A stretch of DNA of 64,000 nt, taken from assembly GCF_006345805.1 (NCBI RefSeq), contig NW_021832714.1, positions 40,005-104,004 of the forward strand, in the 5' to 3' direction. Below the pieces are notes generated by a model. It was given only the letters and a program-made list of their open reading frames with translations, did no database searches and was not told the DNA's origin. The translations under genes and the position numbers were made by a program. The stretch is from Octopus sinensis. Its lineage: Eukaryota. This document shows, one piece after another, positions 13,046 through 26,458 of this stretch; the stretch's first letter is position 1; every line of letters starts with the position of its first letter.

Positions 13046-14199
13046 TCTGTATTTCTAAGACTTAGTATAATTTCTTTAATGAAAGCGGTTTAAAACAAAT
13101 AAAGTCAGCTGTGAAATAATATGTTTAATTACAACAATGGAGTAAAAGATGGTGGAGATAGGTTTGGAAAAGTGAGCAGCTCGAAAACATATGATTTATG
13201 AAGTGGATGATTTATGAAGTTAGTCTGCAATATTTGAGGCTGTTTGTGGTTCCATGGCTGGGGTCATTGTCGCCAACAAAGTCATCCGGCAAAAGAAAAG
13301 GCCGAATACAGTTCATTGACAGCAGAGTTTGTAACATAAAATACACGAGGTATGATGACAGAAGGTTTGTAAATCTATCTCTGGTTTTGAAAGACAATGT
13401 ACTTGAGTAAATTTTAATGCGTTTATACATCAAGATGTAGATGTATCAACCGATATACAATGTGAGGTTTGCAAAAAGGCATGTCAAAACCTGGAAGATT
13501 TAAAGAGTCAGTGATGAAAGCATAATTCTTTAAATGGCTAGTGATGATCATCTTCAGATACAACGGGTCTACCATAGTACACACACATACACCCACGCAC
13601 GCACACACACATATACACACACAAACACACACATACACATACACATAACCAAGTTAAGAAAATCGTTTCGCAGCCGCGCAATTTTGTCAAAAATGTTCAA
13701 AGTAAACCGTGTTCTGCGTGAGAAATTCCACCAGTATACGAAGTTTCAAACTTCAAAATTAATTTTAAAAACCTGAGAGCCAAATTGAACAGATCCGGGT
13801 TCAGTTCCACTGCGTGACACTTTGATCAAGCGTCTTCTACAATAGCTCTTGACTGAGTACTGCCTTGGGAGTGAATTTGCATTTATACATACGTACGTAC
13901 GTACATACATACATGTGTGTTCGTGTGTGTGTGTGTGTGTACATGTGCTTCCTTGTATTCCCCCACTTAACATGCGGTGATGTTTTGTTTTACATCCTTA
14001 TAACTTACACACAAACACACACACACACGGACCATGTGAATGAAAGGCATGGGGTCCAGCATCAGATGGTAGCAAAAATGAACTTTTAATGGACCCCAAC
14101 ACTTAATGAGGTTTTCAATATTCTGTTAGTTTTAAATTTTCAGAGATACGGCATGATGTTCTTTCTATTTTTTTGATTGGGGTTATTATATCTATTTCT

Positions 14200-14405
14200 A
14201 ATCACAGAGGGGACAAACAAGGACAGACAAACGAATTAAGTCGTTTATATCGACCCCAGAACGTAACTGGTACTTAATTTATCGACCCCGAATGGATGAA
14301 AGGTAAAGTCGACCTCGGCGGAATTTGAACTCGGAACGTAACGGCAGACGAAATACGGCTACGCATTTCGCTCGGTGTGCTAACGGTTCTGCCAACTCGC
14401 CGCCT
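14200..14405 (-). mobile_element. SINE family 1
   Basis: Reverse complement of head, core and tail. Confidence 0.88.
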
Positions 14406-15171
14406 TTGGGGGTTATTATATAATTAATGTAATATTTTACAGCTGAGTGAAGTGTTTAAACTAAAATAATAAAGGGCCGAAGACAAAACAAATACGGACA
14501 ATGCAACACAAGTGGGATTTGGCACAATGACATGTATAAAATAAATAACAATAATAATTAACAATTAAATGAAATAATAAAAATTCCTCAAAAGAATAAA
14601 AATTATGATTTAAAAATTGCTTGTTTTTTTTTGTCCTAGTTTTTTAGAGTCTGTTTTTCTCTAGGGTTTTTTGCCTTAGGGGAGGGATTTGTCCTACACT
14701 CCACACACACACAACGATGGAGAAAATAACTAATTGTCTTAAAGTAAATAGTAGGGTGATAAATATTCGACGTCGAGACCCGTCATGGCCGCAGACCAGT
14801 AAAAGCTAAACTTAAGGGGTCAGTGACTTATTGCTGCTGTTGTTTAACGTATGTTCAGCCCTGACCAAAGAGAACTAGGATTAGTAGCGTTCCAGTCGTG
14901 GCCAATCCCGTATTTCATCATATTTACAACTACATTGTCCAAAGTTAGCTTTCGCGGTGGTTGGGGGTTGATTTGAAGGAGATTAGGCTGCTGTTTCTAG
15001 CAGAATGAGCAAAACCGTTGAGGTGGTGTGATGTGATATGACCTATGGACCTCCCCCTCTCACTCTGTCTTTTTCCCTCTCTCTTGCTAACTTGACTCCC
15101 TCCATGCATGTCTTTCAGCACGGCACTGTTAACACCTGGCAATACAACACTCCAGCACACTACCCAGATAT

Positions 15172-15202
<31 letters not shown>

Positions 15203-15377
15203 CTGTTAGGAGCAGCAGCAGTAGCAGCTACCGCAACATTATCATCACTCACTGCCACCACGATTACCACCACCGCCTCTCTTCTATAATATAATCACCT
15301 TTCCATCACTACCCCCAAAACAACAGCAACAGCAACAACAACAACAACAACAACAACAAAACAACAACAACTACACA

Positions 15378-15434
<57 letters not shown>

Positions 15435-15868
15435 CTGCTCTCTACCAACTTACCAACTGCCTTTGCAAGCATTCGTCCATTAATACCATCACCATCACCA
15501 TCACCACCACCACCACCACTACCACCACTACCAGCAGCAGCAGCAGCAATAGCACCTCCACCACCACCACCACCCATCGTTACCAGCTACAGTTTTGATA
15601 GAGGCACCAGGTTTTAGCCCAAATATGACCCTTCACCCTTAGACGTCCACAATGTTCACAATACGATCAACAGGTTGCCGATTTCGTTTTAATAAATTTC
15701 CAAAATAACGACTGCTCTCATTTATATGCAAACCTCGTTGTAGCTGCTGTTGAGACTTCCTCTCTCTTTCCTAGGTCAGCCCTGTCTGATATGACAGACC
15801 TTTCATCACTAAAGACGTCCCAGAGCTGTGACCACCTCCGTCTATACACAACCTGTTTGCTTATATGA

Positions 15869-15981
15869 CGTGGCTGTGTGGTAGGAAGCTCGCTTCCCAA
15901 CCACATGGTTTCGGGTTTAGTCCCGGACCGACCAAAACCTTGCGAGTAGATTTGGTAGACGGAAACTGAAAGAAGCCCGTG
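15869..15981 (+). mobile_element. SINE family 2 head
   Basis: gtggctgtgtggtaggaagc..tttggtagacggaaactgaaagaagcccgt. Confidence 0.8.
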
Positions 15982-15998
15982 GTATATATATATATATA

Positions 15999-16177
15999 TG
16001 ATAGATCGTTAGCTACTACACACATTTTTTTCTCTCCTTGTTTTTTCTGTATTCCTTTCTGTAGAAGAGCGTAGGCTCGAAACGTAAAAGACTTTTTCTA
16101 TTCCTGAGCGTTATACTAATACATCTGTTTGTTTGTACACCACGTGCCTTCGTCTTTTGCTTATTTTCGTAAACTCT

Positions 16178-16180
<3 letters not shown>
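15999..16180 (+). mobile_element. PLE pLTR-like module, family A, with hammerhead at 16055-16090
   Basis: CTTT-CTGTAGA-AGAGC-GTAG-GCTC-GAA-ACGT-A-AAAG; (TA)n on both sides. Confidence 0.8.
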
Positions 16181-16239
<59 letters not shown>

Positions 16240-16287
16240 TTATATATATATATATATATAATATATGCGTGTGTGTGTGGTGTATAT

Positions 16288-16322
<35 letters not shown>

Positions 16323-16463
16323 ATATATATATGCGTGTGTGTGTGGTGTGTGTGTGTATATAGATACATACATACATATATATATCCTTATCTTCTTGGA
16401 GGTGTTAGGTAAAATTATACTAATATGTTCATCTGTTTTAATTAAATTTATTTCTATGTATTT

Positions 16464-16553
16464 ATGCGGCTGAAGATTGATCTGCATTTTTAAATTGATG
16501 AAATGGTTGCATTGTTCAATTAAATGGAGTTACTTGAAACGATCGTACTGCAT
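16464..16553 (+). ncRNA. Type I hammerhead with long stem II (module spans about 16385-16658)
   Basis: ATGCGG-CTGAAGA-[59 nt, partly pairing]-GAA-ACGATCGT-A-CTGCAT; predicted cleavage after 16547. Confidence 0.7.
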
Positions 16554-16658
16554 TACCTCTGGATATCCTGTTGCTTATTTTGAAACTGTATGGATAATAC
16601 CGTACTAAATTCTGGTGCCTCAACTTAAGAACCTAATTCATATGAATCTAATGTTGCT

Positions 16659-16689
<31 letters not shown>

Positions 16690-16695
16690 TATATA

Positions 16696-16733
<38 letters not shown>

Positions 16734-16736
<3 letters not shown>

Positions 16737-16848
16737 GAATGGTTGTATACTGTCAATCTAACAAGAACGTGACAGTAGGGGGTACACCACCGCTGTATAT
16801 ACCCTACTGTCACGTTCTTGTTAGATTGACAGTATACAACCATTCTAT
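16734..16848. repeat. Perfect inverted repeat (47-bp arms) between TA tracts
   Basis: 16734-16780 is the reverse complement of 16802-16848. Confidence 0.95.
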
Positions 16849-16898
16849 ACGCCCCACCACCGTACATGTCTCTACGAGAGATTTAGAAATTCAATTTT

Positions 16899-16942
<44 letters not shown>

Positions 16943-17053
16943 TTAATTAATAAATCTTAGGGTAGCAAAAAATTTTTTAGAAAAATTCCTTGCTACCAGT
17001 GGTCTAGCGAGAAAGAAAGATTAGCCAATAGACTATATATCATTCATAGAGAA

Positions 17054-17304
17054 ATACAGTGTACATTTAAACACATAAGAGATGACCATAATGGGACATC
17101 TGACTCACTAGAAAGAGCAGCTAAACTCCAAACCACGAATAGTTGTAATTCTGAAAGGGAATGAAAAATAAAGAAATGGGGTAAATGTTTTTTCATTTTT
17201 CATTCCCTTTCAGAATTACAACTATAAGTGGTTTGGAGTTTAACTGCTCTTTCTAGTGAGTCAGATGTCCCATTATGGTCATCTCTTATGTGTTTAAATG
17301 TACA

Positions 17305-17310
<6 letters not shown>
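17054..17310. repeat. Inverted repeat (about 116-bp arms) abutting (TA)n
   Basis: 17054-17169 versus 17195-17310, few mismatches. Confidence 0.95.
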
Positions 17311-17351
<41 letters not shown>

Positions 17352-17354
<3 letters not shown>

Positions 17355-17822
17355 AGAGTTTACGAAAAAAACAAAAGACGAAGACAGGTGGTGTACAAAA
17401 CAAACAGATGTATTAGTATAACGCTCAGGAATAGAAAAAGTCTTTTACGTTTCGAGCCTACGCTCTTCTACAGAAAGGAACACAGAAAAAACAAGGAGAG
17501 AAAAAAATGTGTGTAGTGGCTAACGATCTATCATGGCGACTGCCAGACAGAAGGGTCACACAAAGACCAGAAAATACAGGAAAGTTTAGAAAGTATAAAA
17601 ATAAAGAAATGATAATAATAACAGTTTTACGTAAAGTTCAAAGGTTTCTTGACGTCGTGGTGTATGGCAAGGATTTCTCATCAAGAGTAGAGTCCACGGT
17701 GATCCGTAGGTAGGAGAGGTGCAGCCGGAGGATAAAAGGGTAGATAGAGAGTCGAGTGGAGAAGTTCGTGTGTGGTAAGAAATGACAGGATCAACATGTG
17801 CGGCCACGTGAGCGCGTGCACC
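17352..17822 (-). mobile_element. Long family A pLTR, inverted relative to the adjacent PLE ORF, with hammerhead at 17442-17477
   Basis: Same motif as 9197-9232; joins directly to the Penelope RT on the plus strand. Confidence 0.75.
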
Positions 17823-17829
17823 AATTACC

Positions 17830-19620
17830 CTTATCAGCTCACAAATAAACAAAAACACAGACCAAACTTCAACAAAAGAGAATGGAACGACCTTAACGAA
17901 CTAAAAGATGATAAAACCATAACAATCAAAGAGGCAGACACAGGTAATGCAGTAGTTCTAATAAACACGAAGGATTATAAAAATCTAGTACTATCTCTAT
18001 TAGGGGATGAGGCGTATTACGAAAGGGCCCAACACTATAGACAACAGAAAATAATGAATAATCTCATACCGAGGACACACAGACAAGGATTACGATTACA
18101 TTACCAATTTCAAGTGTAAATCAAGTTTATTCTACGGTATCCCCCAGATCCACAAAAGCAGAAAAATAAACGAGGCATGCAAAGAAGCCAGAGACAATCA
18201 CCAAGGTCCCCTCACCTAATGACCTAAAACTAAGACCAATAATAGCAGGTCCAGCATGCGAAACCCACCGCCTCAGCAACTTCCTAGACACTCCACTCAA
18301 ACACATCAAGAGCTACATAAGGGATGATCTGGACATGCTCAACCACCTCCCAAAAACGGTCAATGAGAAAACCCTACTAGTAGCCTTGGACGTAGTTAAC
18401 CTGTATTCAAACATCCCCCACATTCTAGGAATAGAAGCAATCACATTCTGGTTAGACAACTACACCTATGGATTCCCCTCTCGCATAAAAAAAGAACCCA
18501 TAAGAGAAGGACTAAGATTTATCCTAGGGAACAATTATTTTATATTCAATAATGACTACTTCCGGCAAAAATTGGGGACAGCAATGGGAACACGAACTGC
18601 ACCTTCTTTTGCGAACCTGGTAAAGGGCTATCTCGAAATTAAAGTATACCAGAAAACACTCGAGAAATATGAAAACCCCTTTTCCACCTACATTCAAAAC
18701 AACTGGAAAAGATATCTCGATGACTGCTTCATCCTCTGGAATGACAATGTAGAAAAACTTAATGAATTCAAAACACTTCTAAATGGAATAAATTAAAACC
18801 TCCAATTTACGATAGAGTATAACCAGGAACAACTGCCGTTTTTAGAAATTCTTATTAGGAAAGTCGGGAACAAAATAGAGACAAATATCTATTACAAACC
18901 CACGGACTCGAAACAGTACCTGCCGTTTAATTCTTGCCACCCGAGACACAACAGGATGAATATCCCCTTTAGTTTAGTCATAAGAATATGCACAATAGTA
19001 TACCCGTTATACACGACTCCAAGAAGTAAAAACTACACTCATCAATAGGAATTACCCGCAATCCTTAATCAACAATACGATCCAACGAGTCCTTAATTTC
19101 AATACACAAGAACTTAGGCAACCAAGACCAAAGAAGGAAGAAAAATTGAAAACCCTGCCTTACATCTCCACACACAACCCACATAAAAATGAGGCCTTCA
19201 ACGCTATACTCCATAGAACAGCTCTACTCAAGAGGGACCCAAAGATGAATCAAATCCTCCAAACACACACCATCATCAAAAGTAAGAGACAGCCAAAATC
19301 AATGAAGAGGATTTTAACCCAGGCCAAATTAGAATCAACAATAACCACAAAGCCGACAGTAAAAATGTGTGGGAGGCCAAACTGTGGGATCTGTATCAAC
19401 ATAATAGAAGGATCAGAATACCGAATTGAACAAGGCCATAATGTTACCATAAAAACTAACGCTACATGTGCATCGGAGAATTTGATTTACTTAGTTACAT
19501 GCTCGGGATGCAAACGTCAATATATTGGACACACAAAAAACAGCCTACGTCAGAGGATGGCGGTGCACAAATCCCAAATTAGAATTCCGGAATACAGGAA
19601 AGTCCATTTCTGTGAAGATC
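17830..19620 (+). pseudogene. Penelope-like element RT plus GIY-YIG endonuclease (Neptune-type), frameshifted
   Basis: IKEADTGNAVV, RPIIAGP, ALDVVNLYSNIP, GTAMGTRTAPSFANL, WKRYLDDCF, YYKPTDSKQYL, linker CGRPNCGIC, NLIYLVTC..QYIGHT..LRQRM..H. Confidence 0.95.
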
Positions 19621-20303
19621 TCAGGGGAGATAACTTTTCGACGACTGTTATTGTATGTACATGTTAAAGTAATTTGTAAATTGGCGACTCATTTCGAATG
19701 TAAACAAAAATATTTGAAAGTTTACAAAAGAGAACTTGAAAGGAATTGCCAATTTGCAATTATTTTTAGCTTTATTTTTCTTTTATATAGCAAATGTCTT
19801 AATTTCCACGATGCTACCTTCAATTAACTACATCATGCTGTTGAGAAATGACAACAGAAATCTATAATAACGATATTTGATAATCGACATTTAAGCATTT
19901 GCTTACTCGTTTCATTCGCTCAGGAGATTAAAGTTTAATTGTGTTCATTCCTGATTTTTTTTATTCCATATTATTCATTCCCGCAGTTATGTGTCGAAGC
20001 AAAAGATCATCGTATTGTTTCCAAAACAACCATCAAATTTGTTTGTGTGCGTGTGTGTGAGTAAGTGTGTGTGCATGCGTGCATGTGTGCGTGTGCGTGC
20101 GTGAGTACGTGAGCTTCTATTGTTTAAAATCAACAAAGAGGGTAATTTTTAATTTTTCCATTTTGTTTTCACATACGGCAAGTTTCCTCTCGGATTCATT
20201 GTTGAAGTTTTTTCATATTCTTATCAAAGAAGACAGTAGATTTTCTACTCTTAACAGTAACAATGGAATATATATAATAATATATATATATATATATAAT
20301 ATA

Positions 20304-20386
<83 letters not shown>

Positions 20387-20399
20387 GTATGTATGTATG

Positions 20400-20444
<45 letters not shown>

Positions 20445-20459
20445 TATATATATATAATA

Positions 20460-21088
20460 TTTATCATATTATATTATATAGAGGGGGGACTTTTAAAGTC
20501 AAAACTACTAAAATAAATAAACATATCGTACCGAATGCAACTCTCGAAGCAAGTCACTTAAAAACAGAATTCAGCTGCAGATCCCCTGTGATTTCGTAAT
20601 CAGTGTAGTGCTTTGCACTCTTTACTCATCAGTGCAAGCATAATTCAAGATTTATAATGAATGAAGAAAAACAACATACCAGACGAACAACCATCGTATC
20701 CACCGTAGTATATAGAACTGTTCACCCCTTATACATCTATGTAAATGGCGGGCTTTTTCGAATTGCATTTTAGTAACAACGTGCTTATTCGGAATAAAAA
20801 TTCAGTATTGAATATACTCCGGTTAAATACATTATTTAAAAATAGGATAAAATCTTCATAAGATTTATCTAGTTGTTAGCGTGAAAAACTTCATAAGAAA
20901 AAAAATCCACCAATTTTTTCACTTAAATATATTTATTTATATTATATAGAGGACATTATTATACATAAATGCCACACGCTAGGAGGGACTCTTAAAATGA
21001 AAACTACTAAAATAAATAAACATATCGTACCGAATGCAACTCTCGAAGCAAGTCACTTAAAAACAGAATTCAGCTGCAGATCACCTGC
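20460..21088 (-). mobile_element. Retrozyme-like non-coding element with direct terminal repeats
   Basis: 20468-20588 recurs at 20939-21088 (500-bp period, with a ~30-bp indel); hammerhead at the repeat boundary; adjoins (TA)n. Confidence 0.65.
20574..20639 (-). ncRNA. Type I hammerhead ribozyme
   Basis: GCTTGCA-CTGATGA-GTAA..AGTGC-AAA-GCACT..TTAC-GAA-ATC-ACAGGG-GAT-C-TGCAGC. Confidence 0.8.
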
Positions 21089-21499
21089 GTAATTTTTAAT
21101 ATATACGAATGTACTGTGCACCCGTAACATCGTCAGGCGCGTTTTTCTAGAATGTATACAGTGTACTATATTTCAAATGAAAAAATCAATATGTTTGGTG
21201 GTTTAAGATTATATATCAGTTGGTGTGACAAGCCTGAGAACTCGAGGGTACATGAACTAGATCAAGCTGACCGTAAATGCTCTGCAACTAAAAGAATATA
21301 TTTCTACCATTGACGTCAGAAACCCTGCTTTTCTGTTATTGGTCTAAAATAAAACATATGCATGCACACAATGCCTAATGTCATGATTCTGCGTTTAACT
21401 GAAGAGAGACATTCATTTAGAAGTTGTGGTAAAACCGGCTGATCACCAGCTCGGTTTTGCAGCTCACTGACAAGCAATGCTCATACATACATGCATGCA

Positions 21500-21533
<34 letters not shown>

Positions 21534-21544
21534 CACAATACATC

Positions 21545-21581
<37 letters not shown>

Positions 21582-21585
21582 GTTC

Positions 21586-21883
21586 AGGCTTCCTCCGCTA
21601 GAAGCCACTTGATGCAACCCTCAGGCATCGGTCTGCCGATCGGCGGCGTCCGCAGCTGTCGTACTGCCACGTGATGCGTCTTTGTTTTGCAGTGCTTCTC
21701 CCCTATTCGTCGATTTTTGCGTTGGCTGAAATGAAGGAATAGCGTGCTTCCATGAAATTCCGTTTCCTGCTGGCTGAAACAGTTGTCATGCTTCAAACAG
21801 GTTACAAAGATGCTACCATGAGCAAAACACAAGTTTACAAGTGGTTTTCACTCTTTAGGAAAAGTCACTTGTTGCTTGAAGAC
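21586..21883 (+). pseudogene. Mariner-like transposase N-terminal (HTH) fragment
   Basis: MKF..AETVVMLQTGYKDATMSKTQVYKWFSLFRKSHLLLED. Confidence 0.75.
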
Positions 21884-22156
21884 TGTTGTGGCGAGAGTCG
21901 AGGCACACCCTGCGAGAATAGACTTGACCGAACGACTGTAAATAGTAGCGGTCTGAGTGAGAGACTAGACAGAGTGAGTTTTAATCGAGGTAAGTCGTAA
22001 GGTGTCGTTTTGGTAGTTTGTCGGAATATCGTTGGTTCGTGAAGAGTTCATGGAGAGTTTGTTGGATTGTTACGTTGGTGTTACTCAGCTTCGTTAGATA
22101 TTCTGTAGTTACTACACGGTTATAGTGTAAAAATGTTTCGTTATAATAACTGGCGA
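21884..22156 (+). mobile_element. Possible LTR retrotransposon LTR plus PBS
   Basis: Starts TGTTG where mariner homology stops; ends ..ttataata followed by actggcga (PBS-like TGG). Confidence 0.4.
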
Positions 22157-24259
22157 TAAAACAATATGCCACTCAGTCGGACTGAACCCGGAACCATGTG
22201 GTTGGTATGCAAGCTACTTACCATACACCCACTCCTGTATATATAAACAGTCACACAAACCATATTTTCTTTTGTTTCAATTTCAGACAAACTTTTGAAA
22301 TTTTTATGAAATTCTTACATTTTTTTTCTTATTTTTCAAAATAAAAAAAACAAAAAACAATATTGTAACTGCAGTTGTTGTTATTCCGCAATTAAAAGAA
22401 AAACATAAATATTAGAAAATATGATGATAAAATAAAGAAATCCATCTTATTAAAACAGCTTTTATTAAGAACAGAATCGGCAGAGCATCGGATACAATGC
22501 TTTGTCGTTGGTTCATAGCTACGTTCCTCAATGTTTTTTTCATTCCGAAATACAAAAACGTTCTTGGAGGTTTTGAACGTCTAATGTTAAATGTTCCTGT
22601 ATCATTACACTCACACCATCGCCGCCGCCTTAGCTGCCACTGCCACCGCCACCACCATTTTTTTCGTGATCACCACTGCCCTAACCTTCCTTCCTCATCT
22701 AAATTCTGGTCCGTCCTAACTGAACATCAGCCGCAATAATTCAATCTCGACTACATATGGAAAGGAGCAAAGTTCATGGGCACTGTACCGCCTTCATCTG
22801 CTGACTACCTTATAAACAACACAACAACAACAACAACAACAATAAAAAGTAAAAGGTCAAAAATAAAAGCCAGGAGATAAGAGAGAAAATCTTGGAAATT
22901 TACCAAAGAATTCTTGTACAGAAATAAATGTTACCATTTTATAGAATTGTCCATGTTGGAGGTTTTATTCCCAACTTTGTTCTCTCAAAGTCAGCTTTAC
23001 ACGAAATAGCAATTTCTACCTACATCAGCTTTATTATACTCCCAATCATTTGTCTTTCTCTCTCGTTCTTCTATTATTGCCTCTATACGTCTCTATTCTG
23101 TTCCCTGTCTCTCTCTTTCACACACACACACACACACACACACGCACTCTTCCTCTGTCTCCGTCTTTCTCTCTCCCTGTTTCTTTCATCTCTTTTGGTA
23201 TCTATTTACAAATTACACATGTATGTATGTATGTATGTATGTATGTATGTATGTATGTATGTATGTATGTATGTATATGTGTATATGTATGTATGTATGT
23301 ATGTATATGTGTGTATGTATGTATGTATGTATGTATGTGTGTATGTATGTATGTGTGTGTATGTATGTATGTATATATGTATGTATGTGTGGTTGTGTGC
23401 GTCTGTGAATACACACACACGTGCGCGTACGTGCGCACACACACACACCTATACAACGTGTACGCTCATATTTAGTACGTATATGTATTTGTATCTGCGT
23501 TAGACCGTATGTAAAGTGTTGCCATGTTCCTTGCTCATAGGAACTACAGACATTCCATAATAACTGTTCTATTCCACACTCTCTATATTTTTTAACCTTA
23601 TTTTGTTATTGTTAACATTTCTTGAGATGTGAAAACAATCAAAGTTACCATTTTCCAATTCTAGGTGCTCTTATAGCTTTTCCATCCATTTTCCAGAACC
23701 ATGAGTGATCTCTGAAGAATTCCAGCAATGTCCATTTTACTATAATTTTCTCACTTTTGTTGATAAACCTATAATCATTTATATCATATCGCCAATTGTG
23801 AACAATAGCGTCGCGGGGATTCTAACAAGCTAGAATTCTATGTTCCTGACAGCCAGACAGATAGACAAACAATTTGTAACTCGTTTTTAAAGACTTCTTT
23901 CGAAGACCACCGTTTTCCGTCGCTATTTGCGCGTCTATAACCGTCAGTGATGTATACATCCCTATACATTACAAACACACACACACAACACGCAGAGTTC
24001 AGCTTTTGCTGAATGGCCTGCATAAATGATTTTTTTTTCATTGTGATCAAATGTAGATGCTGTACATTAATTCAATTTCTCCATCAAACCGATGTTGCTT
24101 GAACAGTTGTACAGTGTACCACGCGTCAGGTGTCGAACTGATCGGAGAGCATCGCAAAATGAAGGGTTTTGCTCAAAAACAACGCACCACCCAGTCTAGG
24201 AATTGAAACCATGATCTTGCGATTATGTGTGCAACACCCTAACAATGTGTCCTCATATA

Positions 24260-24939
24260 TATATGTATATCGTCTTGCTCACTTTCCCTCCTCTTTTCAC
24301 TTCACTGTGTCCCTGTCATTTTTCTCGCCCTTCCTTAATTCTTCTGTCACTCTGCCTCTACCTCTCTCTCTTCTCTCCCCACGTGACCGGTGTTCGGCCA
24401 AGCCTGATCTTTTCTTTCTTGGTTCGACCGTCATCCGTGCAACATCTATATTCCTCCCCGTACCTGTGAAATCTTGTATCCCTGCCGTAAAGCTTTATTT
24501 CCACACACGCCATCCGTGCAACATCTATATTCCTCCCCGTACCTGTGAAATCTTGTATCCCTGCCGTAAAGCTTTATTTCCACACACGCCAGCTTAATGT
24601 AATTTATCCTTAGTCGAAAGACACCTGTTGTTATGTCCTGTTCTTTGTATTTGTGTAACATTCTCAGTTATTTTTCGTCCTTGTTTTCGTATAAATTCGC
24701 TTCTTTCTTCCAAGGAATCTAATGCTCTTAGTTTAGTTTTTTCTTGGGGTTGGCCAGATTGGAGCAATCTCGAGTATAACCAGCCGAAATTGCAAAGATA
24801 ATCTGGAACTCGACTGAGGAAAAAAAACTCCGAAAGACCCGTCCTTGTTTTCTTTGTATCGTCCATCTGGATGTTTTGCTGTCCCTTTTTTTGTATCACC
24901 TACTGTCTGGATGTTTTGCGTTCTTGTCCCATTTTGTAT

Positions 24940-24940
<1 letters not shown>
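24260..24940 (+). mobile_element. TA-flanked pLTR-like module, family C, with 78-bp tandem duplication at 24432-24590
   Basis: Related to 28870-29180 and 29865-29958. Confidence 0.6.
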
Positions 24941-24970
<30 letters not shown>

Positions 24971-25078
24971 ATATATATATATCTATATATATGTAGGTCC
25001 CGGGTTGATTCGGGGTTAACCACAGTAAATAAGGTACTCAATACATAGCAGAGTAAAGTTAATTTATTATATAGAAGG

Positions 25079-25129
25079 AGCTTCTACAGGACTAGAACTG
25101 TTTCATTCAAGAGAAATCATCAGGAAGCT
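25079..25129 (-). ncRNA. Type I hammerhead ribozyme
   Basis: AGCTTC-CTGATGA-TTTC-TCTT-GAAT-GAA-ACAG-TTCTAGTC-CTGT-A-GAAGCT. Confidence 0.8.
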
Positions 25130-25395
25130 AGTTAACAAGAATTGTTTTGGCATTTATACATTTAGGCAGGTTTAAAGGGGTGGTGGTGGGGGACTTTTTG
25201 GGGGTAGGCATAGCGCAAAAATATCATACTTAGGGGAGTGGTCAAGGAGTCAGTGGTAAAGTAGATAAAAGAGTAAATAAAAGAATTAAAAAAATAAATA
25301 GAAGAATAGAGTTTTAGGTAAATAAGGAGACTCTCACTTATACATATACACATATGTATATATATACACACACACACACATATACATACACACAT

Positions 25396-25451
<56 letters not shown>

Positions 25452-25880
25452 ATATATATATATATATGTATATATACACACACGCCCACACATACATATA
25501 CATACATACAAATATATAGATACACACACATACACATACACACATACACACACATATATACATACACACATGCACACACATGTCCATATATACACATATA
25601 TATATATATACACATGTGTACCTATACATACCTACTCATACACACATATACATACACATACAAACCCATTCCCTTATTTTAATTTACACGTGTGTATGTG
25701 TGTATATGTATCTATATATATATATGTGTGTATGTGTATGTGTGTGTATATATATATATATATATATGAATGTGTGTGTATATGTATAATATTATTGTAA
25801 GTGTGTGTGTGTATATATGTATGTGTAAGTGTGTATATGTTGCTTGTATGTATATGTATGTATGTATGTGTGTGTATATG

Positions 25881-25949
<69 letters not shown>

Positions 25950-26412
25950 TAATATATATGTATATATATGTATATGTATATGTATGTATATAGTATAGTA
26001 CATATACGTGTACGCTCGTGTGTTATGTATATGTAGGTATGTAGGTTATGTATGTATGTATATATACATATGTGTAAATAGGTATATATGTGTAAGTTTA
26101 TATGTATGTATCCGTCTGTATAATAGGTAACTGCACGTATATATATTTAATATTTATTATTTATTTTTTGAGTATGCATGTATGTATGAATAACTGCACG
26201 TATATATATTTATTATTTATTTTTTGAGTATGCATGTAAGTATATGAACATAAGGAGGCGCGTGTGTGGTGTGTGTATGTGTAAGCATATGTATAAATAT
26301 ATGTAACTTTTACGCATGTGTGTACTTATGTGTATATATGGATGCGCGCGTGTGTGTGTGTGTGTATGTGTACGCATGTAAATGTGTATATGTGTGTATG
26401 TATGTATATATG

Positions 26413-26458
<46 letters not shown>

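Noticed and set aside
24810-24850. Family C hammerhead-like core (CTGAGGA..GAAA; CTGAAGA..GAAT at 29159 and about 29930-29955 minus)
   Set aside because: I could not form consistent stems I and III; at most a highly divergent remnant
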